From the IMG/VR virus record IMGVR_UViG_3300009684_001214, positions 1 through 27,741 of that record: a stretch of 27,741 nucleotides of DNA; one strand, given 5' to 3'. Every line of letters starts with the position of its first letter. The first letter of the stretch is position 1. A program made the translations under genes and the position numbers. This DNA comes from a virus. Its lineage: Duplodnaviria > Caudoviricetes. The notes beneath the pieces were generated by a model. That model made no database searches. It saw only the letters and a list, made by a program, of their open reading frames with translations, and had not been told where the DNA came from. This document shows positions 8,108 through 14,466 of the stretch, in pieces.

Positions 8108-8685
8108 TGAAACTGGTTTACATACATGGCGCCAGCGCCACAAGTGAGAGCTTTAATCATATTAAAGAACATCTGGGCGGTGATAGCCTATGTATCAATT
8201 ACAACAGCGCTGATGGTTTTGAAAACAATCTTCAAACCATGCAAACTACATTGGCTGAAGAAACGGATATATTCTTTATTGCTCATAGTCTAGGAGGCAT
8301 ATATTCGCTACACCTAGCCAATGCTATGCCCACACAGGTGCTAGGCGCAGTCACTTTAAGCACTCCTTATGGTGGTGCAGAACATGCAGATTTTGCCAGG
8401 TACTTCTTGCCCTTTAGTCGCCTGCTAAAAGATATTGGTCCACTCAGCTGGCCCATGAGACAGGCTGATAATATTGAAATCAAACACCCCTGGTGTAATA
8501 TTGTCACTGTTAAAGGCAATACACCGTGGATACAAGGGGCAAATGACGGAGTAGTAACAGTTGCTAGCCAACGCCATCATAGTCGAGGAATGGAACTAAT
8601 TGAAGTTGATTATAATCATTATGAAGTAGTGCTTAGTGAACAGGTGATTGATATAATTAAACAACGTATCAGATTACACAAATAG
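8107..8685 (+). CDS. Alpha/beta hydrolase (lipase/esterase-like)
   Basis: YIHGA oxyanion segment, AHSLGG nucleophile elbow, LSTPYGG, NDGVV and C-terminal NH complete a Ser-Asp-His triad; TAATG overlap. Confidence 0.88.
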   Translation: MKLVYIHGASATSESFNHIKEHLGGDSLCINYNSADGFENNLQTMQTTLAEETDIFFIAHSLGGIYSLHLANAMPTQVLGAVTLSTPYGGAEHADFARYFLPFSRLLKDIGPLSWPMRQADNIEIKHPWCNIVTVKGNTPWIQGANDGVVTVASQRHHSRGMELIEVDYNHYEVVLSEQVIDIIKQRIRLHK

Positions 8686-8710
8686 AAAAAGTCCCTTTCG
8701 GGACTTTTTC
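8685..8710. terminator. Bidirectional intrinsic terminator
   Basis: GAAAAAGTCCC-TTTC-GGGACTTTTTC perfect inverted repeat between convergent genes. Confidence 0.9.
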
Positions 8711-8763
8711 ATTTCTTCTAAATTATGTTTTGGCTATGCCTAATATATTATTTTTATTATAAA

Positions 8764-9054
8764 TTATTTTTTAGAGGTTTTAGATGCGGTAGCTACACCT
8801 TGATTAACAAAGCTATACATCTTTTCAGCAGTTTCTAGAACTTTATCAAGTCCTGGAAATTCTGGCATTGCTACGGATGTAACAATTTGACCGGTCTTCT
8901 CATCACGAGTAGCGGTCATCTCCCATCCTTGAAATTTAGCATGGAAGTCTTCTTTTACCAAGTCTTTGGCCATACCAAGAATATCTGTACGAATTTCGTA
9001 ACCATTCTTGTTGAATTTAACTTCTGGCAATTTTGGGGTATCATGTAGTGACAT
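8764..9054 (-). CDS. Hypothetical protein (96 aa, MSLHDTPKLPEVKFNKNGYEIR...); start re-assigned
   Basis: Strong AAGGAGA RBS before minus-strand ATG 9054; late-type CTAAATA at 9119-9113. Confidence 0.8.
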   Translation of the reverse strand: MSLHDTPKLPEVKFNKNGYEIRTDILGMAKDLVKEDFHAKFQGWEMTATRDEKTGQIVTSVAMPEFPGLDKVLETAEKMYSFVNQGVATASKTSKK

Positions 9055-9107
9055 ATTATTCTCCTTGTGTGTAATGTCTGTGTGTAAACAGTAACTAATT
9101 TTACTGT

Positions 9108-9212
9108 CTAAGTATTTAGTATACACAGATTGACTGTGTAATACAACTGAAGTGAGTCATTTAGTTTCGGGTATCTTACCGCGTCGTCTGTCATTGGTAT
9201 CCATTGATTCAT
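9108..9212 (-). CDS. Possible 34-aa micro-ORF (MNQWIPMTDDAVRYPK...)
   Basis: ATG overlaps the TAA of the upstream micro-ORF (TAATG) with AAAGGA nearby; the 3' part runs into the promoter/hairpin region, so it is uncertain. Confidence 0.35.
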   Translation of the reverse strand: MNQWIPMTDDAVRYPKLNDSLQLYYTVNLCILNT

Positions 9213-9349
9213 TAGATCCATCCTTTAAAATCTTCCATCATGACACGTTTGGCGCCGGCATAATCTCCGCTTTGTGCAAGATGTGTAGCAGCACGAACAC
9301 GTCCAATGTTTTCTAAAAAGTTATAGATTGACGTTAGTATAACTTTCAT
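9212..9349 (-). CDS. 45-aa micro-ORF (MKVILTSIYNFLENIGRVRAATHLAQSGDYAGAKRVMMEDFKGWI)
   Basis: Manually translated; starts 2 nt after the upstream stop; amphipathic helical pattern. Confidence 0.7.
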   Translation of the reverse strand: MKVILTSIYNFLENIGRVRAATHLAQSGDYAGAKRVMMEDFKGWI

Positions 9350-9351
9350 AA

Positions 9352-9525
9352 TTACCATCCGCGTCCTGATTGTTTCAAGTCAAATTGACGAGTAAGACGA
9401 TCCACGTCACATGAATTTTGTGGCGAATTTCTAACAATGTATTCTTCTAGTGCAGATCCGTAAGTTTGTGGCTGTTCAAATCTCTGAAACATCTTTTGAA
9501 AGTATTCAACTAGTTGGTTTAACAT
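9352..9525 (-). CDS. 57-aa small protein, possibly DUF3563-like (MLNQLVEYFQKMFQRFEQPQTYGSALEEYIVRNSPQNSCDVDRLTRQFDLKQSGRGW)
   Basis: Strong AAGGAGA RBS; TATAAATA at 9592-9585 on the minus strand. The E-x-Y...D-V-D-R-L-x-R-x-F-D pattern recalls DUF3563 (family assignment from memory only). Confidence 0.75.
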   Translation of the reverse strand: MLNQLVEYFQKMFQRFEQPQTYGSALEEYIVRNSPQNSCDVDRLTRQFDLKQSGRGW

Positions 9526-9559
9526 ATTTTTCTCCTTGTGTGTGTTAAAATATTATAAC

Positions 9560-9592
9560 GACTCAGTGTTTATACTGAGTCAATTATTTATA
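9560..9592 (-). promoter_or_regulatory. Late promoter TATAAATA followed by 5'-terminal hairpin
   Basis: TATTTATA at 9585-9592 on + is the exact T4 late consensus on -; GACTCAGT/ACTGAGTC inverted repeat at 9560-9581. Confidence 0.7.
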
Positions 9593-9624
9593 CATTATGT
9601 GCGGTTGCAGCATTTTTTACAACC

Positions 9625-9669
9625 TTGTGTTTCACCATATTATATGTTACAATTGTTATAGGATAAATA
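9625..9669 (+). promoter_or_regulatory. Possible extended -10 sigma70 promoter plus late promoter
   Basis: TTGTGT (9625-9630), 17 nt, TACAAT (9648-9653) with TGn; ATAAATA 9663-9669. Confidence 0.5.
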
Positions 9670-9686
9670 TCACAAAGGATACTAAC

Positions 9687-9986
9687 TTGAAACGAGCAAC
9701 ACGCAGCCTACTTGAAGAACTCAATTCCATATCGGAAAAGAAAAATAGCGAAGCTATCATTGAAGCTAGGGCCACACATGTCATTGACAGTGCAATTAAC
9801 CTATTGGCATTGATCAAAGAGAACTTCCCACCTGATCAAGCATACGAACTAGAACGTAGACTAATTAACAGTATCAAGGGAGGAGACTCTAAAAAGTTTA
9901 CTCGTAGTATACGCAAGCTACGCGATAACAAGGAAACTGCACGCCATCTTAAAATCATTGATGGTGATCTCAAAGACGAAGATTAA
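9687..9986 (+). CDS. Hypothetical helical protein; likely TTG start at 9687
   Basis: AAAGGA RBS before TTG 9687 (MKRATRSLLEEL...); the longer ORF start overlaps promoter sequences. Confidence 0.75.
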   Translation: MKRATRSLLEELNSISEKKNSEAIIEARATHVIDSAINLLALIKENFPPDQAYELERRLINSIKGGDSKKFTRSIRKLRDNKETARHLKIIDGDLKDED

Positions 9987-10017
9987 AGGCCATTATTGTT
10001 ATTTTTTTACAGAATGG

Positions 10018-10052
10018 ATAAATAATTACACTAGAGTCTCATAGGGAGGCTC
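10018..10052 (+). promoter_or_regulatory. Late promoter with 5' leader hairpin
   Basis: ATAAATA 10018-10024; GAGTCTC-ATAGG-GAGGCTC hairpin 10034-10052; AGGAGA RBS follows. Confidence 0.65.
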
Positions 10053-10075
10053 AAAAACGATTAGGAGAACTTATC

Positions 10076-10435
10076 ATGGCAGGAATTGCAAAAGTACACG
10101 GAAGCACCGCAGCAGGTGCATTTTATGGTTATCAACCAACATTTCTATTAATTAGCGGAACAGGCGTTGGCACAGCTGACACAGTATCCGCAGCTGGTCT
10201 TATCACAGCACAAGGCAACTTTGGAAAAGCAATTCGTGCTATCCAGATTGCAGCTAGCATTGTGTTCATTGGACCACGCAGCGACAACGGTTTTATCGTT
10301 GCAGTTGATGCTGCTACAGCATCTGACAACAACGCATCTGATGTAGCAACATTGTTTGATACAAATATCACAGCAGCAACTGGTGTCTCTACAACAGTTA
10401 CAGTCAAGACATTGACATTAGCTGACTTTGCTTAA
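10076..10435 (+). CDS. Small Ala/Thr/Gly-rich protein, probably an abundant virion (decoration-type) protein
   Basis: Monocistronic unit with late promoter, leader hairpin, strong RBS and its own terminator. The function is inferred. Confidence 0.75.
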   Translation: MAGIAKVHGSTAAGAFYGYQPTFLLISGTGVGTADTVSAAGLITAQGNFGKAIRAIQIAASIVFIGPRSDNGFIVAVDAATASDNNASDVATLFDTNITAATGVSTTVTVKTLTLADFA

Positions 10436-10458
10436 TTAGCATAGACTTTTAAACTGAC

Positions 10459-10487
10459 AAAAGGTGGAATTTTATTCCACCTTTTTT
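10459..10487 (+). terminator. Intrinsic terminator
   Basis: AAAAGGTGGAAT-TTT-ATTCCACCTTTT followed by further Ts. Confidence 0.9.
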
Positions 10488-10519
10488 CTTGGCCATAAAT
10501 AATGTTATATAGGTATATT

Positions 10520-10948
10520 ATGGAAATTATTGAAATTCAAACACTGGTGGATATCACCAACACAGGAGCAATTAGACCCAGCCATGGCACACAGCTGGCC
10601 ATTGATCAAAACAAGAATTTTATCACATTGATGCAATGTGTAGAACTACGATCCATTGTATCCTACGATACAAGACCTGTTAATGACAAAGTAGATATCA
10701 AAAACATGGGATTTGGCACGGCCTACAAGGGAAAACAACAGGTATGGACCTTTAGATTTGCTCCAGATAGATCCGGAGTATATGAAGCGATCCCAGGTGA
10801 CGGTATTGGCAACTTGATCAACGACCTAAACGAAGTCCCTGTAATTAAAAATTTAGGAGAAACGATAAATATTGACAAGGCGATCTTTAATTGCAAAGAT
10901 AGTCAATATAAAAACACTATTATTAAAATTCTTCAAGGCACCATCTAA
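10520..10948 (+). CDS. Hypothetical protein; likely start ATG 10520
   Basis: ATAAATA 10495-10501 and AGGT RBS precede MEIIEIQTLVDITNTG. Confidence 0.75.
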   Translation: MEIIEIQTLVDITNTGAIRPSHGTQLAIDQNKNFITLMQCVELRSIVSYDTRPVNDKVDIKNMGFGTAYKGKQQVWTFRFAPDRSGVYEAIPGDGIGNLINDLNEVPVIKNLGETINIDKAIFNCKDSQYKNTIIKILQGTI

Positions 10949-11002
10949 GGCACTAAAATTATAACAAGCGGATAGTTTGCAACAACACTTGAGGAACAAG
11001 AT

Positions 11003-11242
11003 ATGTCAACGAAAACAACAGATATTGAGAAAGAAAATCTAGAAGCTCATGTAGAGTTATGTGCTCAGCGTTATGAATCCTTAGATAGAAGACTGACCAA
11101 CATTGAAGAAAAAGTTGGTGGCCTACAAAAAACCATTGAAGACAGTCATCAAAGCATGACAAAAGTCATCATTGCCACAGCCGGAACCATTGTCACTGGC
11201 GTGTTAAGTGTATTATTTGTTATTCTGACCAAGATGGGCTGA
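11003..11242 (+). CDS. Small coiled-coil protein with C-terminal transmembrane helix (XhlA/holin-like architecture)
   Basis: Heptad LDRRLTNIEEKVGGLQKTI, then hydrophobic VIIATAGTIVTGVLSVLFVIL; GAGGA RBS. Confidence 0.75.
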   Translation: MSTKTTDIEKENLEAHVELCAQRYESLDRRLTNIEEKVGGLQKTIEDSHQSMTKVIIATAGTIVTGVLSVLFVILTKMG

Positions 11243-11243
11243 T

Positions 11244-11450
11244 ATGAAGATTCATCAGCTATTATCTGGTATCAGAATTCCTGTCACCAATGAGGAACAG
11301 CAGTTCATAAACAAACATGATACACGGATCAGACTGACCAGCTTGGATGAACACGATCAATGGACAGCACAAAATTTAGTGCGCAAGGGCATTTACACCA
11401 TGAGCTCAGACAGCAGTATGCTAATTAAGAATCTAAATGAAACCCATTAA
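11244..11450 (+). CDS. Hypothetical protein
   Basis: 68-aa ORF tightly packed between its neighbours. Confidence 0.7.
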   Translation: MKIHQLLSGIRIPVTNEEQQFINKHDTRIRLTSLDEHDQWTAQNLVRKGIYTMSSDSSMLIKNLNETH

Positions 11451-11904
11451 CGAAGAATTATATCGCAAAATAGACCGAGTCACCGCCGAAGTGCGTGAGA
11501 ATTTTCGCCGCCGCGGTCTAGTTATTCCTGTAGAAAATAAAGATGGTTCAATTACATTAGAGAACTTCACTATTGTTAGACAAGGTACAGGTTTTTATGC
11601 CATACTCAATCGTAACGGTGAAGCAGTAGTTGAGCAGATCAACTTGCCGCAAACTGCTGCATTGTTGGCCAATGGGTTAGCCCTGGGACGCTTTCTAGAT
11701 AACGAACTTCTTACTAAAGATCGTAATTATGGTTATGCACTATTTGACGAAACACTGCACGAAAGAGCAGTTCAACGCAGTAACAAGAAGCCTTTAGATT
11801 ACTTTGATCTAAGATTGAGTAAATGTATGATTGCCCGTGCCAAGAAAGAACAATACAAGAATGATATTGTTAAGAGTTTTGAGAAACTTCAAAAACTAAT
11901 ATAA
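11437..11904 (+). CDS. Hypothetical protein
   Basis: 155-aa ORF overlapping the upstream gene by 14 nt. Confidence 0.75.
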   Translation: MKPINEELYRKIDRVTAEVRENFRRRGLVIPVENKDGSITLENFTIVRQGTGFYAILNRNGEAVVEQINLPQTAALLANGLALGRFLDNELLTKDRNYGYALFDETLHERAVQRSNKKPLDYFDLRLSKCMIARAKKEQYKNDIVKSFEKLQKLI

Positions 11905-11907
11905 ATA
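11900..11907 (+). promoter_or_regulatory. T4-late consensus promoter TATAAATA
   Basis: Exact match, 25 nt upstream of ATG 11933. Confidence 0.7.
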
Positions 11908-11932
11908 ACATTAGACCCTTTTTGGAACACAT

Positions 11933-13309
11933 ATGAAAACTACAGATTTTACACGCAAGATTACCAGCGCTAAACTAAAAGAAAATTTAGAAAAACGTTT
12001 TGGTACCAATGTCAATCTAACCAAGTACAACCGTGAGCAGTTGGAAGACATTCGTAACAAGTTCCGCACAAAGATCTTCCAACAGGAAGGTAGTGCAGGT
12101 ATTAACGATCTGTTGGCCAATGAAACATATCAAAAAGACAAAGCAATGTTAGAGTTGCTCAACACAAGGATTAAAGAAATGCTAGGCGAAAACCTTAAAC
12201 AATTAAAAAACAAAATGATCGAACTTAGCGAGGCTAAGAAATCTAAACCTGACTTCCTTGACATGGATAAAGATGGTGACAAGAAAGAGCCAATGAAGAA
12301 AGCTATTGCTGATAAGAAAGTTAAAGAAGGCTTTCCTACAGTAGCAGATGCAAAAGCTCGTGCTGAGAAAGAAAAGACCACTGGTAAGTTTGACAAGAAG
12401 CAAACAAGCACAGGTACCGTTTATACACGCAAATCAAGCACATTTGACAATGGTACTGAAGACAAACCAAAGTCAAAGAAAGTTAAAGAAGCTTTTCCTA
12501 CAGTGGCTAGCGCTCGTGCCGAACATGAAAAGAACAAAACCACTGGCAAGTTTGATAAAAAGACAACCAGTACAGGTGATGTATATACACGTAAGTCCAG
12601 CACATTTGACAATGGTACTGAAGACAAACCAAAGTCAAAGAAAACTGGCAAAGCCGTGGCAGAAGAACTAAAAGGCAAGCAAGGCAAACTTGATGTTGAC
12701 CATGACGGCAAGTTGGAAAAGAGCGACTTTGCTGCTCTACGTGCCAAGAAGAAGGTCAAGGAGTCTACCATGTTCAAGCAAAATGTGCGTTTTGTTAACG
12801 AAAGCATTGGTTATCTATTGAGCGAAGACGAAGAAGGTAAGGCCAAGGCCATTACTGCTGCCGGTGACATGGTTAACGATTTTACAAGTTGGATGCAACG
12901 TGTTGGGCAATACCAAACCAAGAGCATGATTGAGTTGTCAGATGCTATCCGTGCAGACTTTGGTCCAGCAGAAGCAGAAGCATTCAAGCAGGCAGTTGGA
13001 CCAGCATTGAGCGCTACACTAGAAGTATTGACACAGCAACGCGAAGCAGTAAGTAATGCTGTTGCAGCATTGGCCGGCGAAGCAGTTCCTGAAGAGCCAA
13101 TGGGAATGGAACCAGAAATGCCTCCAGAACCAGGTATGGACATGAGCGAGCCAGACATGATGAATCCAGAACCAGAAGACGAATTTGGCGCTAGCGATGC
13201 TGCTGCTGGAATGGGTACTACTGGACGTGAGATGCGTGAAAGCCGTGAGCAAGTTCGTGCTCGTAAATTGGCCGAATCACACAGCATCATGAGTAAGTTG
13301 GCTCGATGA
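11933..13309 (+). CDS. Highly charged protein, putative prohead core/scaffold-like, with EF-hand-like DxDxDG motifs and an internal duplication
   Basis: Lys/Glu-rich; DMDKDGD and DVDHDGK motifs; many (L/I/V)-x-E sites; acidic Pro/Met-rich linker; late promoter. The function is inferred. Confidence 0.65.
   Translation: MKTTDFTRKITSAKLKENLEKRFGTNVNLTKYNREQLEDIRNKFRTKIFQQEGSAGINDLLANETYQKDKAMLELLNTRIKEMLGENLKQLKNKMIELSEAKKSKPDFLDMDKDGDKKEPMKKAIADKKVKEGFPTVADAKARAEKEKTTGKFDKKQTSTGTVYTRKSSTFDNGTEDKPKSKKVKEAFPTVASARAEHEKNKTTGKFDKKTTSTGDVYTRKSSTFDNGTEDKPKSKKTGKAVAEELKGKQGKLDVDHDGKLEKSDFAALRAKKKVKESTMFKQNVRFVNESIGYLLSEDEEGKAKAITAAGDMVNDFTSWMQRVGQYQTKSMIELSDAIRADFGPAEAEAFKQAVGPALSATLEVLTQQREAVSNAVAALAGEAVPEEPMGMEPEMPPEPGMDMSEPDMMNPEPEDEFGASDAAAGMGTTGREMRESREQVRARKLAESHSIMSKLAR
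12314..12643 (+). repeat. Tandem 162-nt (54-aa) in-frame duplication
   Basis: KKVKE[G/A]FPTVA...KTTGKFDKK.TSTG.VYTRKSSTFDNGTEDKPKSKK occurs twice; 45 nt are identical at 12437-12481 and 12599-12643. Confidence 0.95.
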
Positions 13310-13662
13310 AATTATTTGAAGTTGACATGGGGTCTGCTAGAGACGTTCTAGCAGTGCTTCAAGGGTTGGCCAATAAAGATCAGCAACAATCTAATTTGCC
13401 GTTTCCTGTTGCACAAAATATTTTTAAATCTTTTGGTTATGCACTAGGTGACGGTGATAGGGATAGCGTTGAAATCCTTAAGAAATTAAAGAACGAAGTT
13501 GACCCCGAAGGTAATGTTATTGCTGACATTACCGACAATGCTGAAATTGTGCTAAACACCAATACACCCAGCGATCAAGCAGGTGGACAGATCAAACAGG
13601 CCACTGGTCCCAGTGTGGATCAAATGGCTGCTGGCAACAAAGATTTATCTCCAAAAATTTGA
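13306..13662 (+). CDS. Hypothetical protein
   Basis: ATGA overlap with the upstream gene; N-terminus MKLFEVD. Confidence 0.75.
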   Translation: MKLFEVDMGSARDVLAVLQGLANKDQQQSNLPFPVAQNIFKSFGYALGDGDRDSVEILKKLKNEVDPEGNVIADITDNAEIVLNTNTPSDQAGGQIKQATGPSVDQMAAGNKDLSPKI

Positions 13663-13687
13663 CCTAGAGAGTTCATAGTGTTATAAT
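13659..13687 (+). promoter_or_regulatory. Sigma70-type promoter with extended -10, probably leaderless
   Basis: TTGACC (13659-13664), 17 nt, TATAAT (13682-13687) with TGn; ATG 13695 follows after 7 nt with no SD. Confidence 0.8.
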
Positions 13688-13694
13688 TAACATT

Positions 13695-14417
13695 ATGAAC
13701 ATCTACACCCCTCCCCCTTTCGTCGAACGATACCAATACAAAAACTGTAAACAGATCAATGATACTGTTACTCGCAAGCGAGTTTATCAAACTCCCGACG
13801 GCGAAAGATTACCCAGTGTAACTACTATTCTAAGTGCCACCAAGGACATGACTGCGTTGAACGAATGGCGCAATAGGATTGGGCACGATAAAGCACAGCA
13901 AATTACCACAGAGGCGGCCGGAGTAGGGACGGGTCTTCACGCTAATTTGGAGAAGTTCTTAGTTGGCGAAGTTCGTCAACCTGGTAATAATCCTGTTCAT
14001 GTTAAAGCCAATGCTATGGCAAATATTATTATCGAAAATGGATTAAAGGACGTCGACGAAGTATGGGCTATGGAGCAGAGTTTATATTTTCCTGGGTTGT
14101 ATAGCGGAACTACTGATCTAGTGTGTGTTTATAAAGGTAATCCTTGTATTGCCGATTACAAACAAACCAATCGTCCTAAAAAATTAGAATATGTAGAAGA
14201 TTACTTTTTACAACTAATGGCATATATGTTGGCTCATAATGAAATTTATGGAACAGATATGCGAGAGGGTCACATCTTTATGTGTAGCCGCGGTGATGAT
14301 GGAATGAAACCTGGCGGAGAAGTATACCAACAGTTTGATTTGTTACCACAAGATTTTAACAAATATCAAGATCTTTGGCTCACCAAAGTAGAAGAATATT
14401 ACGCTCTTACTGCATAA
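13695..14417 (+). CDS. PD-(D/E)XK exonuclease (phage exonuclease/MGME1-like)
   Basis: LPSVTTIL, GTGLH, E, YSGTTDLV, IADYKQ and YFLQLMAY motifs. Confidence 0.88.
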   Translation: MNIYTPPPFVERYQYKNCKQINDTVTRKRVYQTPDGERLPSVTTILSATKDMTALNEWRNRIGHDKAQQITTEAAGVGTGLHANLEKFLVGEVRQPGNNPVHVKANAMANIIIENGLKDVDEVWAMEQSLYFPGLYSGTTDLVCVYKGNPCIADYKQTNRPKKLEYVEDYFLQLMAYMLAHNEIYGTDMREGHIFMCSRGDDGMKPGGEVYQQFDLLPQDFNKYQDLWLTKVEEYYALTA

Positions 14418-14433
14418 GATTGCCCACCTGCCA

Positions 14434-14466
14434 ATGATAAATATCCTATAATGAGGATATTTTCAT
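14434..14466 (+). promoter_or_regulatory. Late promoter (ATAAATA 14437-14443) embedded in an RBS/ATG-occluding hairpin
   Basis: AAATATCCT (14439-14447) pairs with AGGATATTT (14454-14462), extendable by ATGA/TCAT across a 1-nt bulge into the start codon. Confidence 0.75.

Noticed and set aside
11911-13290. Several long minus-strand ORFs opposite the charged core-like protein (and similar antisense ORFs opposite nrdA, ahcY and the RimK-like gene)
   Set aside because: No RBS or recognisable motifs; these are expected antisense shadows of biased codon usage.
13695-14417. Cas4 or CRISPR-associated role for the exonuclease
   Set aside because: The Cas4 four-cysteine Fe-S arrangement is not evident, and no array or other cas genes are present in the window.
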